A DNA stretch of 64,000 bases, from assembly GCA_034925865.1 (NCBI GenBank), contig JAYFRN010000005.1, positions 5,964 through 69,963 of the forward strand, read 5' to 3'. Every line of letters starts with the position of its first letter. The stretch's first letter is position 1. Positions 19,647-30,173 of the stretch are shown here, piece after piece. The notes under the pieces are model-generated. The model saw only the letters and a list, made by a program, of their open reading frames with translations, did not search any database and was not told where the DNA came from. A program made the position numbers and the translations under genes. Origin of the DNA: Oscillospiraceae bacterium (GTDB taxonomy: Bacteria > Bacillota > Clostridia > Oscillospirales > SIG627).

Positions 19647-21332
19647 TTATGTTTCCCGCATCAACTGAAATGCCTGAAACAGATTAAGACTTCCGTATCC
19701 CCATCTGTTATTGGGATACGTCATATTTTCGCTTCTGTTGCATCCGCGAATCATGTAAGCGCGTATTTGATATGTGCTGATGGCAGGATCGTTTTCTTTG
19801 ACTATGCCCCATTGAAGCATGAGGGCTGCGGCACCGGAGGTTATTGCCGTCGCTGCGCTGGTTCCGTCCATTGTTCCGCGCCCGTAAGGATAAAAGCCTT
19901 CTATATTTACTCCGGGAGCGACAAGATCGGGAGCGAAATTTTCCGTACGAGTGGGTCCCCATGATGAATTTGCGTACAAGCTGTTCAAAGTGGTATTATA
20001 AGCGCCGCATACAATGGCTCCCGTCATTGTCGCTGGACCTGTAATTGTATAATTCGGGCTCGGAGAAAGGAATACAACACTGGGATCGACAAACCCTGTC
20101 AGAGGCAGCCAAGAGTGAAACCTGCCGTTTAGAATTAAGTCGCCGTAAACGGTTATGGTCCAAATGCCCGGAGTAGGATCGATGAGCTTAATTGCCGTCA
20201 GCTGTCCGCCCGATCCTTCTATAGGATAATAATATGACAGCCGGACAGATGATTTCTCCAATATCATTTTAGTCAGTGTAACGTTTCCCGAGCGCGCCGG
20301 TATTCTGGGGATAAATTCACCCGTAGGAGAACGGATGGCTACCGAAATCCTATCCGATACTCCTGTCCAGATCGAAACAAAAAAATCCCCTGCGTTTTCT
20401 CCCACTTTTATATCTATATTCTGCGTTTCCCCTGTCGCCGCAATAACTCCATCCATATGGTGCCGTGCCTGGCTTTCGTTTCCTGCCGCAATGCAAAGAC
20501 ATACGCCGACTAAATCAGATATTCCTCTTAAATATTCCTGGAATATTGAATATTGATCATGACTTCCGAAATTGGTGCCTAATCCTATACATATGACCAC
20601 CGGTCGGTTAAATCGTCTCGCCCTGTCCAGTATATATTCGATGCCAATCATGATTGCACTGGATTCATATGCATATTCCTGTGTTTTTGGCACGGCAAAA
20701 AGCTCAAGGTAATATGGTCTTGCTTTTCTGAGCTTTACGGCAATGATTTCAGCATCAGGCGCCGCACCGATGAAATCGTCCGTTTCCCGCCCGGCGGCCA
20801 CTGATGCCAGAAAGGTTCCGTGCCCGGAAGTGTCTTCTTCGGGAACGATCTGCTTTGGATTGTCGCTTTGAAGAGCCGCGTTGATTTGATCGTTTGTATA
20901 TTCCGTACCAATGTAAAATCCCTCCGGTGGCGGACCCTCTACAGTCTGGTCATAGATTGATATTATTTTGCTGCTTCCGTCCTCGTATTTAAAAACATCC
21001 AAAGTATAATCAATTCCGGTGTCCACAATACCGAAGATAACGCCCTGTCCTCTCAGATTCAGATATGGTTGATCATGAACCTGAGTAATACCGCTTATAT
21101 CAAGAGTACCATTATCCAGCAAGCCGAAAACGAGTGATTGCACACTGATAAGCCCGGAGCCTAAGAGTTTTCTCAATTCTAAAAAAACATTCTCTTTAGA
21201 ATACGCAATCAGATAGCGGCCCGCTAGCTGTTGAGCAATGGCTACTTCATATTGTCTGATTGCCGCCTCAGTAAATTCATTACTTCGTATGATAAAATCC
21301 ACGGTATTAGGATCATAAAGCAGCTTTTGCAA
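19647..21332 (-). CDS. Germination-specific subtilisin-like serine protease (Csp family), paralogue 1
   Basis: S8 triad motifs VDTGIDYT, SGHGTFLASVAAG and DGTSAATAITSGAAALM. Tandem with three paralogues next to sleC. The true start may lie upstream (see findings). Confidence 0.85.
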   Translation of the reverse strand: MQKLLYDPNTVDFIIRSNEFTEAAIRQYEVAIAQQLAGRYLIAYSKENVFLELRKLLGSGLISVQSLVFGLLDNGTLDISGITQVHDQPYLNLRGQGVIFGIVDTGIDYTLDVFKYEDGSSKIISIYDQTVEGPPPEGFYIGTEYTNDQINAALQSDNPKQIVPEEDTSGHGTFLASVAAGRETDDFIGAAPDAEIIAVKLRKARPYYLELFAVPKTQEYAYESSAIMIGIEYILDRARRFNRPVVICIGLGTNFGSHDQYSIFQEYLRGISDLVGVCLCIAAGNESQARHHMDGVIAATGETQNIDIKVGENAGDFFVSIWTGVSDRISVAIRSPTGEFIPRIPARSGNVTLTKMILEKSSVRLSYYYPIEGSGGQLTAIKLIDPTPGIWTITVYGDLILNGRFHSWLPLTGFVDPSVVFLSPSPNYTITGPATMTGAIVCGAYNTTLNSLYANSSWGPTRTENFAPDLVAPGVNIEGFYPYGRGTMDGTSAATAITSGAAALMLQWGIVKENDPAISTYQIRAYMIRGCNRSENMTYPNNRWGYGSLNLFQAFQLMRET

Positions 21333-21459
21333 TAGTTCTTTATTTTCCGGACTGTTAATGTAGCTGTCTATATCAATACACTCCCTTACTTATTTATATG
21401 ACATTTTTACTTATATACTGCATAAATTGATATTCTTCAATATTATGATATTAAAATAT

Positions 21460-23145
21460 CTATGTTTCTCGCATAAGCTGAAAAGCTTGAAACAAATTAA
21501 GGCTTCCGTAACCCCAGCTGTTATTGGGGTATATCATGTTTTCGCTCCGGTTACAGCCTCGTATCATATAGGCGCGTATTTGATATGTGCTCAGAGAAGG
21601 ATCATTTCCTTTGACTATGCCCCATTGAAGCATGAGGGCCGCGGCTCCGGCGGTTATTGCCGCCGCTGCGCTTGTTCCGTCCATTGTTCCTCGCCCGTAA
21701 GGATAAAAGCCTTCTACATTAACGCCGGGTGCGACAAGATCAGGAGCTAAATTCTCTATACGAGTAGGTCCCCGTGACGAATTTGCGTACAAACTGTTCA
21801 AAGTGGTATTATAAGCGCCGCATACAATAGCGCCTGTCATTGTCGCTGGGCCTGTAATCGTATAATTTGGGTTCGGAGAAAGGAATACAACGCTCGGATC
21901 GACAAATCCGGTAAGAGGCAGCCATGAATGGAATTTGCCGTTCAGAATCAGGTCGCCATAAACGGTTATGGTCCAAATTCCCGGTGTCGGACCAAAGAGC
22001 TTAATTGCTGTCAGTTGCCCGCCCGTTCCTTCTATCGGATAATAATACGCTATATCAACAGATGATTTTTCCAAGATCAGTTTGGTTGAAATAATTTCTC
22101 CCGAGCGTGCCGGTATTCTTGGGATAAATTCACCCGCAGGAGAACGGACAGCAACCGAAATTCTGTCAGATACTCCTGTCCATATTGAAACAAAAAAATC
22201 TCCTGCGTTTTCTCCAACTCTTATGTCTATGTTCTGTGTTTCCCCGGTTGCCGTAATAATATCATTCATATGATGTCTTGCCTGACTTTCATTTCCGGCC
22301 GCGACACAAAGGCAGACTCCTACCTGATCGGACACACCGCTCAGATATTCTTGAAATATGGAATATTGATCGTGACTTCCGAAATTCGTGCCTAATCCTA
22401 TACATATGACCACCGGCCGATTTAAACGTCTCGCTCTGTCCAGTATGTATTCGACGCCAACCATTATGGCACTGGATTCATAAGCATATTCCTGCGTTTC
22501 AGGTACAGCATATAAATTAAGATAATAGGGTCTTGCTTTCCTGAGCTTTACGGCTATGATTTCGGCATCAGGTGCCACACCGATGAAATCGTCCGTCTCC
22601 CGTCCGGCGGCCACCGATGCCAGAAAGGTTCCGTGCCCGGAGGTATCTTCTTCGGGAACGATCTGCTTTGGATTGTCGCTTTGAAGGGCCGCGTTGATCT
22701 GTTCGTTTGTATATTCTGTGCCAATGTAAAATCTCTCCGGAGGAGGGCCCTCGACTGTCTGGTCATAGATTGATATTATTTTGCTGCTCCCATCCTCGTA
22801 ACGGAAAACATCCAATGTATAATCTATTCCTGTGTCCACAATTCCGAAGATAACGCCCTGTCCCCTCAGATTCAAGTATGGCTGATCATGTACTTGTGTG
22901 ATACCGCTCGAATTAAGGTTGATATTGTCAAGCAAGCCGTAAACAAGCGATAATATACTGATTAGCCCGGCGCCCAGCAGCTTTCTCATTTCGATAAAAA
23001 CATCCTGTCTGGAATAAGCAATTAAATACCGTCCTCCAAACTGTTTTGCGATAGCAACTTCGTATTTTTTAATTATTGATTCGGTGAATTCATTACTTCG
23101 TATGACAAAATCCACAGTGTCAGGATCATAAAGCAGCTTTTGCAA
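21460..23145 (-). CDS. Csp-family subtilisin-like protease, paralogue 2 (recent duplicate of paralogue 1)
   Basis: Same length as paralogue 1 (561 aa) and near-identical over most of it. The D/H/S motifs are intact. Confidence 0.85.
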   Translation of the reverse strand: MQKLLYDPDTVDFVIRSNEFTESIIKKYEVAIAKQFGGRYLIAYSRQDVFIEMRKLLGAGLISILSLVYGLLDNINLNSSGITQVHDQPYLNLRGQGVIFGIVDTGIDYTLDVFRYEDGSSKIISIYDQTVEGPPPERFYIGTEYTNEQINAALQSDNPKQIVPEEDTSGHGTFLASVAAGRETDDFIGVAPDAEIIAVKLRKARPYYLNLYAVPETQEYAYESSAIMVGVEYILDRARRLNRPVVICIGLGTNFGSHDQYSIFQEYLSGVSDQVGVCLCVAAGNESQARHHMNDIITATGETQNIDIRVGENAGDFFVSIWTGVSDRISVAVRSPAGEFIPRIPARSGEIISTKLILEKSSVDIAYYYPIEGTGGQLTAIKLFGPTPGIWTITVYGDLILNGKFHSWLPLTGFVDPSVVFLSPNPNYTITGPATMTGAIVCGAYNTTLNSLYANSSRGPTRIENLAPDLVAPGVNVEGFYPYGRGTMDGTSAAAAITAGAAALMLQWGIVKGNDPSLSTYQIRAYMIRGCNRSENMIYPNNSWGYGSLNLFQAFQLMRET

Positions 23146-23349
23146 TAATTCTTTGTTTTCCGGACTGTTAATGTAGCTGTCTATATCAATACACTCCTTT
23201 ACTGTTTTTAAACGGTAATAGAATAATGCTTTTATATGATTAAAATCCTATATGTCAAAAGTTTTAAATATGCGGCAGAGGTATATTGAATTGCCTTTTT
23301 AATAATATACGTTAATTGCCACATTAAAAACAATCCAACATGTCGCTAT

Positions 23350-25074
23350 TTACATTTCTTTCATTATTTGAAAGGCCTGTATCAGATTGAGGCTTCCGTA
23401 ACCCCATCTGTTATTGGGATATGTCATATTTTCGCTCCGGTTACATCCACGGATCATATAAGCTTTTATGTGATATGTACTCATGGAAGGATTGTTTGCT
23501 TTGACTATTCCCCATTGAAGCATCAAAGCCGCGGCGCCTGCGGTTATTGCTGCCGCCGCGCTGGTTCCGTCCATTGTTCCGCGCCCATAAGGATAAAAGC
23601 CATCTATATTAACACCGGGCGCAACAAGATCGGGAGATAAATTTCCAATACTTGTCGGTCCCCAGGATGAATATGAGTATAGACTGTTCAGGCTGGAATT
23701 ATAAGCGCCACAGACAATGGCTCCTATCATCGTTGCCGGGATGGTTACGGTATAATTTGGATTGGGAGCAAGGAATATTATACTCGGATCAACAAACCCT
23801 GTCATGGGCAGCCACGCATTGAATTTACCGTTTAAAATGATTTCTCCGAAAACAGTAATCGTCCATGTTCCCGGCGTTGGATTGATGAGTTTAATTGCCG
23901 TAAGCTGTCCGCCCGTACCTTCTATCGGAAAATAATATGATATACCGATGGATGCTCCTTCCAATAACAACTTTGTCGTAAAAATGCTTCCTGAATGAGC
24001 GGGTATTCTCGGTACTAATTCACCGGTTGGCGAACGGATTGAAACTGAAACTCTGTCTGACACACCTGTCCATATTGAAATTAAGGCGTTCCCTGTGTTT
24101 TCACCAACTATTATATCAATATCTTGAGTTTCGCCGGTTGCCGTGATCAGACCTTCTGCATGATGCTTTGCCTGGCTTTCATTTCCCGCCGCAATACAAA
24201 GGCAAACGCCTTTAAGGTTGGATACATTGTTTAGATACTCTTCAAATATTGTATAACCATCATGGCTTCCGAAATTAGTGCCGAGACCAAGACAAATGAC
24301 GACGGGTTTGTTAAGACGACTCGCTTTTTCCAATATGTATTCAATCCCTATCATGACGTTGCTGGATTCAAAAGCATAATTTTGTGCTTCTGGCACGGAA
24401 AATAAATCGAGGTAATAAGGTGCTGCTTTCCTGAGCTTGACGGCTATGATCTCGGCATCCGGTGCAGCGCCGATGAAATCGGCCGTTTCCCGTCCGGCAG
24501 CCACCGATGCCAGAAAGGTTCCGTGGCCGGAGACATCTTCCTCCGGGATAAGCTGTTTAGGATTATCGCTTTTAAGAGCAGCGTTGATTTGATTGTTTGT
24601 ATATTCCGTACCGAAATAAAATCCTTCCGGAGGACGGTCTTCAATTGTTTGGTCATAAATTGATACTATCTTGCTGCTTCCATCCTCATACCGAAAGATA
24701 TCCAATGTGTAATCAATTCCGGTGTCTACAAACCCGATAATGACTCCTTCACCTCTTAAATTCAGATATGGCTGATCATGAACTTGAGTAATACCGCTTG
24801 ATTTAAGGCTTATATTATCAAGTAATCCGAGAATTACTCCCCTGATACTTATCACCCCTGCGCCCAGCTTTTTTCTTATATCTGAAAAAATATCCTGCTT
24901 GGAATAACATATTGTATATTGTCCTAAAAGTGTTTTCGCCAATGCTATATCATATTTATTTATTAATGTTTCTGAATACTGGTTTTTGCGTATGACAAAA
25001 GCCACTGAGTCCGGATCCAAAAGCAACTTCTGTAATAAGCATTTATTCTTTTCGCAATCTATATAGCTGTCCAA
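23350..25074 (-). CDS. Csp-family subtilisin-like protease, paralogue 3
   Basis: 574 aa. VDTGIDYT, SGHGTFLASVAAG and DGTSAAAAITAGAAALM are present. AAGGGAG lies 9 nt before the TTG start. Confidence 0.85.
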   Translation of the reverse strand: MDSYIDCEKNKCLLQKLLLDPDSVAFVIRKNQYSETLINKYDIALAKTLLGQYTICYSKQDIFSDIRKKLGAGVISIRGVILGLLDNISLKSSGITQVHDQPYLNLRGEGVIIGFVDTGIDYTLDIFRYEDGSSKIVSIYDQTIEDRPPEGFYFGTEYTNNQINAALKSDNPKQLIPEEDVSGHGTFLASVAAGRETADFIGAAPDAEIIAVKLRKAAPYYLDLFSVPEAQNYAFESSNVMIGIEYILEKASRLNKPVVICLGLGTNFGSHDGYTIFEEYLNNVSNLKGVCLCIAAGNESQAKHHAEGLITATGETQDIDIIVGENTGNALISIWTGVSDRVSVSIRSPTGELVPRIPAHSGSIFTTKLLLEGASIGISYYFPIEGTGGQLTAIKLINPTPGTWTITVFGEIILNGKFNAWLPMTGFVDPSIIFLAPNPNYTVTIPATMIGAIVCGAYNSSLNSLYSYSSWGPTSIGNLSPDLVAPGVNIDGFYPYGRGTMDGTSAAAAITAGAAALMLQWGIVKANNPSMSTYHIKAYMIRGCNRSENMTYPNNRWGYGSLNLIQAFQIMKEM

Positions 25075-25088
25075 AATGATATACTCCC

Positions 25089-26780
25089 TTACTGGTTATA
25101 TAACACGAGATCATCCATGGTATCACATAGATTAAGTGTTCCGTATCCCCATATAGGATTAGGATATTTTATGGGGAATTTTCTTTCGGCGTTTCTGCAT
25201 AAAAAGGCTTTTATTCTCTGCCCGTACAGGAAGAAGTCGTTTTTCTGATTTTCACCCCATTCCATCATGAGTGCTGCCGCTCCGGTAACAAAAGGCGCGG
25301 CAATACTCGTGCCGCTGAAGCTGTCATATCCTCCGCCGACAGCGGCAGTTGTTATATCTATTGCCGGAGCAACCAGATCCGGCTTTTGCCCATATGTCCA
25401 ATATCCTGTGCCTCGTCCGGAAAATTCGGCGCAGGTATTTAGAATTGCGGAATATCCGCCGACAGCGATAACTCTGAATGATGTAGCAGGAAGTGTTATT
25501 GTGTTTTCAATACTTGGCACAAGAAAAGCGGTTTTTTCTGTGACCATATCAGTCATAGGAAGCCATATATCAAAATTGCCGTCTACAATTTTCGTCCCGG
25601 TAATTGCGAGCCGCCATATTTCCTGATTCATTGAACCGGATACGCTTTGCAGCGAAATATATATTTCCTGATTGAAGTTATAATGATTTGGCTGACCGTA
25701 AAGGATCATTATTTTAACATTGCCTAATGTTACTTGTTTCACGCGTTCAAAAGCGTTTATTACTCCTGTTGAAATTCCTGACGGAGTAAATAACTCAATT
25801 TGAAATGAATCGGCAAAATTTTTCCATAAGGTCATATAAAGCTGACTTATATTTTCACCGATGGAGAATTCTACATTGTCAGTTTGCAGTTGCTTCAATT
25901 GGTTGTGATAATGATGCCCCGCGCTTCCTTCATTTCCGGAGGCCACACAGATGACGTTTTTCCATCTCTGCGCGGCTGAATCAAGGTAACCCTCGAAAAG
26001 TGAAGTGCCGTTATGCGCCCCGTCATTTGTTCCGTAGCTTATATTAATCGCAATCGGTTTCTCTACGCCTTGCGCTATATCAATGCAGAATTTCACTCCC
26101 CGCATGATTTCCGTACTTTTTGCAAAACCGGGTTTATCAGAACCGAGTTTTACTATTATTATTTCAGCTTGTGGAGCCACTCCGATGTTATCTCCATTGC
26201 TGGCTCTGCCGTTTCCCGCTGCGACTCCGGCGACAGCTGTTCCGTGTCCAAAAAAATCCTGTTCAGGTACAATTGATAATGGATTATCGCTCGCAAGCGC
26301 CAGATCAATATCAGCTTTTGTATAAAGGTGACCGTTTTTGAATCCCGAGGGCGGAGAGATGTCGGCAGCAGTTTGATCCCACAGGTACATAATACGGCTT
26401 GTTCCGTCAGGTTGTCGAAAATCCGGATGCGTATAATCAATGCCGGAATCTATTATTCCGATAAATACTCCTTTGCCTGACAGATTATAACCGCTTTCAA
26501 GCTGAACAGGACTGATGCAGGCGGCGTCAAGGCTGCGTTCCAATTGATAAGTGACCGTTTTTGGCAGCTCATAATATTCAATTTGACTTAGTTGTATAAT
26601 TGTGGGAATACGATAAGCGGGCAATGTCAAGATTGCGTAATTTTCATTTAATTCTTCAGCGGAGGCTTCCAGTTTTTCTGCGATTTCATCAAGGCTGCCG
26701 TGATATTTTATTATAACTTCTATATTTTGTTCCGGATCGAAGCCCTGGAATTGCCTTATTAATTGTTCCCGTATATCCAT
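25089..26780 (-). CDS. Csp-family subtilisin-like protease, divergent paralogue 4 (CspB-like)
   Basis: IDSGIDYTHPDF, FGHGTAVAGVAAG and SGTSIAAPFVTGAAALM are present. AAAGGAG lies 7 nt before ATG 26780 (the track start at 26831 is less likely). Confidence 0.85.
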   Translation of the reverse strand: MDIREQLIRQFQGFDPEQNIEVIIKYHGSLDEIAEKLEASAEELNENYAILTLPAYRIPTIIQLSQIEYYELPKTVTYQLERSLDAACISPVQLESGYNLSGKGVFIGIIDSGIDYTHPDFRQPDGTSRIMYLWDQTAADISPPSGFKNGHLYTKADIDLALASDNPLSIVPEQDFFGHGTAVAGVAAGNGRASNGDNIGVAPQAEIIIVKLGSDKPGFAKSTEIMRGVKFCIDIAQGVEKPIAINISYGTNDGAHNGTSLFEGYLDSAAQRWKNVICVASGNEGSAGHHYHNQLKQLQTDNVEFSIGENISQLYMTLWKNFADSFQIELFTPSGISTGVINAFERVKQVTLGNVKIMILYGQPNHYNFNQEIYISLQSVSGSMNQEIWRLAITGTKIVDGNFDIWLPMTDMVTEKTAFLVPSIENTITLPATSFRVIAVGGYSAILNTCAEFSGRGTGYWTYGQKPDLVAPAIDITTAAVGGGYDSFSGTSIAAPFVTGAAALMMEWGENQKNDFFLYGQRIKAFLCRNAERKFPIKYPNPIWGYGTLNLCDTMDDLVLYNQ

Positions 26781-26949
26781 TGTTTTTCTCCTTTGGTAAT
26801 AATCCCGTGTTATGGACACGTTTATTTCCACGCAAATATTATCTATAAGACAACTTTAAAAATTGCCGATAATAAACTGTGACTGTAATTAATAAAAAGT
26901 AATAATAAGAAAGCAACAGTCATAAAATTCAATTACGGAGGTGATAATT

Positions 26950-28185
26950 ATGAATAGAAATAATGAGGAAGTGGACACCGGTTATCTAAATGTCAGTGTT
27001 AAGTCTGTTCGCAACGCACAGCCTATTCCAGATGCAAAAGTAACTGTATCCAAACCAAATACGGTTGTTGAAGTGTTGAATACAGACTCTGCCGGTCAAA
27101 CTGAAACCATTCCGCTCGGAGCGCCGCCTGTGGAATATTCAGAGGAAGTGCTCGGCGTGAAACCTTATTCGGAATATCAGGTAGATGTTGAGGCTCCCGG
27201 ATATGAACGTGTCACAGTTAACGGAGTACAGCTGTTTTCAGAGAGTACCGCGATACAGGATATACGTCTTTTTGCGACCAATACACCCGGGACGCAGGAA
27301 ATAACTATCGAGCAACATACATTATGGGGAACATTCCCGCCAAAGATACCCGAGGCTGAGGTCAAGCCGCTTCCCGACGGCAATGGCTATATCGTGCTTC
27401 CCCAACCGGCAATTCCTGAATATATGGTCGTACATTTGGGAGTGCCGAATGATAAAACCGCAAGAAATGTCTGGATTCCTTTCAAGGATTATATTACAAA
27501 CGTTACCTGCTCGGAAATTTATTCCACTTGGCCAGTACAAACTATACGCGCCAATATTTTAGCTATATTATCTTTTGCGTTGAATCGTGTATATACCGAA
27601 TGGTATCGTGGGAAGGGCTATGATTTTACAATAACAAACAGCACCGCTTATGATCTCATGTTTGTTTACGGACGCAATTATTATTACAATATACAAAATA
27701 TTGTCGATGATTTGTTTACAACTTATGTAACCAAACCCGGTATACGACAACCGCTTTTTACTCAATTTTGTGACGGTTCACGGGTAACCTGCGATGGCCT
27801 TGAGCAATGGGGCTCAAAAAGTATGGGAGACCAGGGAAAGGATGCCCTCACGATCCTGCGTTCATATTATGGCTCAAATGTATACCTGAAGCAGGCCGAT
27901 AAGGTTCAGGGCGTCCCGATTTCTTATCCCGGTGAAGCGCTCAGAATCGGATCCTCCGGTATGGATGTACGTACTATTCAAACACAGCTGAACAGCATAT
28001 CCGATAACTATCCGATGATTCCGAAGATCAAGGTAGACGGTATCTACGGTCCGAAAACCGCCAATGCGGTAAAAACCTTTCAGAAAATATTTTATTTGCC
28101 GGCTACAGGAGTTGTAGATTTCGCGACATGGTATAAAATATCCAATATTTATGTTGCCGTTAATCGTTTGTCTGAATTAGGATGA
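26950..28185 (+). CDS. sleC: Spore cortex-lytic enzyme SleC-like (pre-pro form) with a C-terminal peptidoglycan-binding domain
   Basis: About 410 aa. The C-terminal PG_binding_1 signature is SSGMDVRTIQTQLN...DGIYGPKTANAVKTFQ. It is divergently adjacent to the csp genes, as in Clostridium csp-sleC loci. GGAGG precedes ATG 26950. Confidence 0.75.
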   Translation: MNRNNEEVDTGYLNVSVKSVRNAQPIPDAKVTVSKPNTVVEVLNTDSAGQTETIPLGAPPVEYSEEVLGVKPYSEYQVDVEAPGYERVTVNGVQLFSESTAIQDIRLFATNTPGTQEITIEQHTLWGTFPPKIPEAEVKPLPDGNGYIVLPQPAIPEYMVVHLGVPNDKTARNVWIPFKDYITNVTCSEIYSTWPVQTIRANILAILSFALNRVYTEWYRGKGYDFTITNSTAYDLMFVYGRNYYYNIQNIVDDLFTTYVTKPGIRQPLFTQFCDGSRVTCDGLEQWGSKSMGDQGKDALTILRSYYGSNVYLKQADKVQGVPISYPGEALRIGSSGMDVRTIQTQLNSISDNYPMIPKIKVDGIYGPKTANAVKTFQKIFYLPATGVVDFATWYKISNIYVAVNRLSELG

Positions 28186-28190
28186 TATAC

Positions 28191-28296
28191 TATTAACTCG
28201 GCATTTGAATAATTACCGCTCACAGAGAGAAAAGGCTCTAATATATAGGTTTTTTCTTTTATAAAAACAAAAATTGTTTAATGCCGTTTTAATAAT
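28191..28296 (+). repeat. Nested-palindrome intergenic element, copy B
   Basis: It fills essentially the whole gap between the convergent sleC and amidase genes. TATTAACTCGGCATTTGAATAATTACCGC ... GAGAGAAAAG ... TTTAATGCCGTTTTAATAAT. Confidence 0.7.
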
Positions 28297-29240
28297 TACT
28301 TATGTCTTTCAACAAGCTCAATCGTTTCATACATGATTTTCCTGCTGTCGATATTTATCCAATGATTATTAGGCAAATACTCCGGATGGCGTACGCATAT
28401 GCAATACATGATTCTATTTCCGCTTGATTTGTCAACGGTATCAGAATCTATTGCGTCATATAAAGGCAGCTCGACCGGTATTGTGCGTCCGGACAAATCG
28501 GTTTGTCCGTGATAGATAACGATATGATTTCCGCACATACCGCGGTAAACAATAACATCAGCTTTTGATACCGGATTATGTCTCTTGTCTTGAGAATACA
28601 CTTCGATAAACAGGCGGCATACTCCTTTGTTATTATCGGGATACAGCTGGTAAAACGGAGTGGGAGCCGGATCATATGCTTCGGACATTGTGGCTAAATG
28701 AAAATAAAATATTATACCGTTTGAAATGCCAAACGCAAATTGATCGGGATGATCGAACATCAGATCGGCATCACCCTTGTTTGTTATAAATCCCATTTCG
28801 ATAAGGATTACGGGTATGGCATTTCTAACGGAAGAATGAAAGCCCGGATTTATATAAACGCCGCGGTTCTGCAGCTTTGTCGTAATATATAGCTGTTCCA
28901 GAATTGTCTCAGCAAGCGGCTTCGCATCGGGAGAAGATACAATACAATCTGAACCTGTCGCGTACGGATCTGTTGAAGCGTTTGTATGTAAGCTTATAAT
29001 ATAATCCGCTCCCCACCTCCTTGCATCGTCGATCCGCACAGACGACGAGCTTGATCTTGAATAACCCAGCTGTATATCAGGTGAATTTCGCGATAAACGA
29101 GTTTCAAAACCGTTATCATTCAGTATTGCGGCAATCAGCAGCCCGATTTCATATGTAAGCTCATGTTCACGGTATCCGTGACCTTCTGCTCCGGCATCAG
29201 TATTATTAGGGTTATGCCCCTGATCAATATATATTTTCAT
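28296..29240 (-). CDS. N-acetylmuramoyl-L-alanine amidase (Amidase_3) with an extra C-terminal domain
   Basis: From MKIYIDQGHNP the sequence reads ...GAEGHGYREHELT...ISLHTNAS, typical of Amidase_3. GGAGG lies 10 nt before ATG 29240. Confidence 0.8.
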   Translation of the reverse strand: MKIYIDQGHNPNNTDAGAEGHGYREHELTYEIGLLIAAILNDNGFETRLSRNSPDIQLGYSRSSSSSVRIDDARRWGADYIISLHTNASTDPYATGSDCIVSSPDAKPLAETILEQLYITTKLQNRGVYINPGFHSSVRNAIPVILIEMGFITNKGDADLMFDHPDQFAFGISNGIIFYFHLATMSEAYDPAPTPFYQLYPDNNKGVCRLFIEVYSQDKRHNPVSKADVIVYRGMCGNHIVIYHGQTDLSGRTIPVELPLYDAIDSDTVDKSSGNRIMYCICVRHPEYLPNNHWINIDSRKIMYETIELVERHK

Positions 29241-29409
29241 GACTAGATAACCTCCGGCATAGTTTCTATAATAAGTATATGGTAAAACGGACATTATGTT
29301 AAACGAGAGCGCGATAAAAAATCGGCTGTATCTTTGCGCATGATTTGCGCTTTGACACAGCCGGTTCTTAAGCTATTATCTATAACAATCGATTAAAACC
29401 CTATCACAT

Positions 29410-29497
29410 ATTATTAAAACGGCATTTAGAGAGAAAAGCCCATATACCAGAGTCTTTTCTCTCATTAAGCTATAATTATTTAAATGCCGAGTTAATA
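29410..29497 (-). repeat. Nested-palindrome intergenic element, copy C (shortest, inverted orientation)
   Basis: ATTATTAAAACGGCATTTA GAGAGAAAAG-N15-CTTTTCTCTC ... ATTTAAATGCCGAGTTAATA. Confidence 0.7.
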
Positions 29498-29515
29498 AAT
29501 AAATTTATAATACTA

Positions 29516-29558
29516 TTGCAAAATGGTCATTGGTGTGCTATAATTATAACGAACGTTA
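29516..29558 (+). promoter_or_regulatory. tetR promoter with an overlapping palindromic operator
   Basis: TTGCAA (29516-29521), 17-bp spacer, TATAAT (29539-29544). The palindrome TAACGAACGTTA follows at 29547-29558. Confidence 0.55.
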
Positions 29559-29577
29559 AATATAAGGAATATGTATT

Positions 29578-30138
29578 ATGGTCGATAAAGATTTAAAAGA
29601 GCGAATTAAAGAAGTGGCTGTTGAGCATTTCAACAGAACAGGATACTATGGAACAACCATACGCAACATAGCAAGCGATGTGAATTGTTCCTTGCCGATG
29701 ATTTATTATTATTACAAGAATAAAAAAGAATTGTTTGATGAAATTATAAAAAAAGATTATTTTAATCTTTTAAAAAGGCAAGCTTTGCTCTTGAAAATCA
29801 ACAATATAATAGATTTTTATACGAAGTTCGTATATGATCTGAACGACCTGAGCAACTATGATAAACAAGTTTACCGACTTGGTATCAAGGTTTATCTGTC
29901 CTTTGACGGAGATGAGGAACTAATGAAACTCATGGATGAGTGGGAAAAGACCATACTTCCCAGACACTATAAAATTCTGCAGCCATATCTGATGAATACG
30001 AATAACGATACGGTAATTACTCGAACTCTGGTGCACTTATTGGAAACAATGATCGAAAACATCATCGTGAAAAATAGATATCTGTCTGAAAAAGAGATTC
30101 GGGAAGAAATCGATGTTGTCCTTCGCGGATGCGAATAA
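29578..30138 (+). CDS. TetR/AcrR-family transcriptional regulator
   Basis: 186 aa with the N-terminal HTH FNRTGYYGTTIRNIASDVNCSLPMIYYYYKNKKELF. Confidence 0.85.
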   Translation: MVDKDLKERIKEVAVEHFNRTGYYGTTIRNIASDVNCSLPMIYYYYKNKKELFDEIIKKDYFNLLKRQALLLKINNIIDFYTKFVYDLNDLSNYDKQVYRLGIKVYLSFDGDEELMKLMDEWEKTILPRHYKILQPYLMNTNNDTVITRTLVHLLETMIENIIVKNRYLSEKEIREEIDVVLRGCE

Positions 30139-30173
30139 TTTATATATAAGCTGACAATTTAACGCAAAATCAG

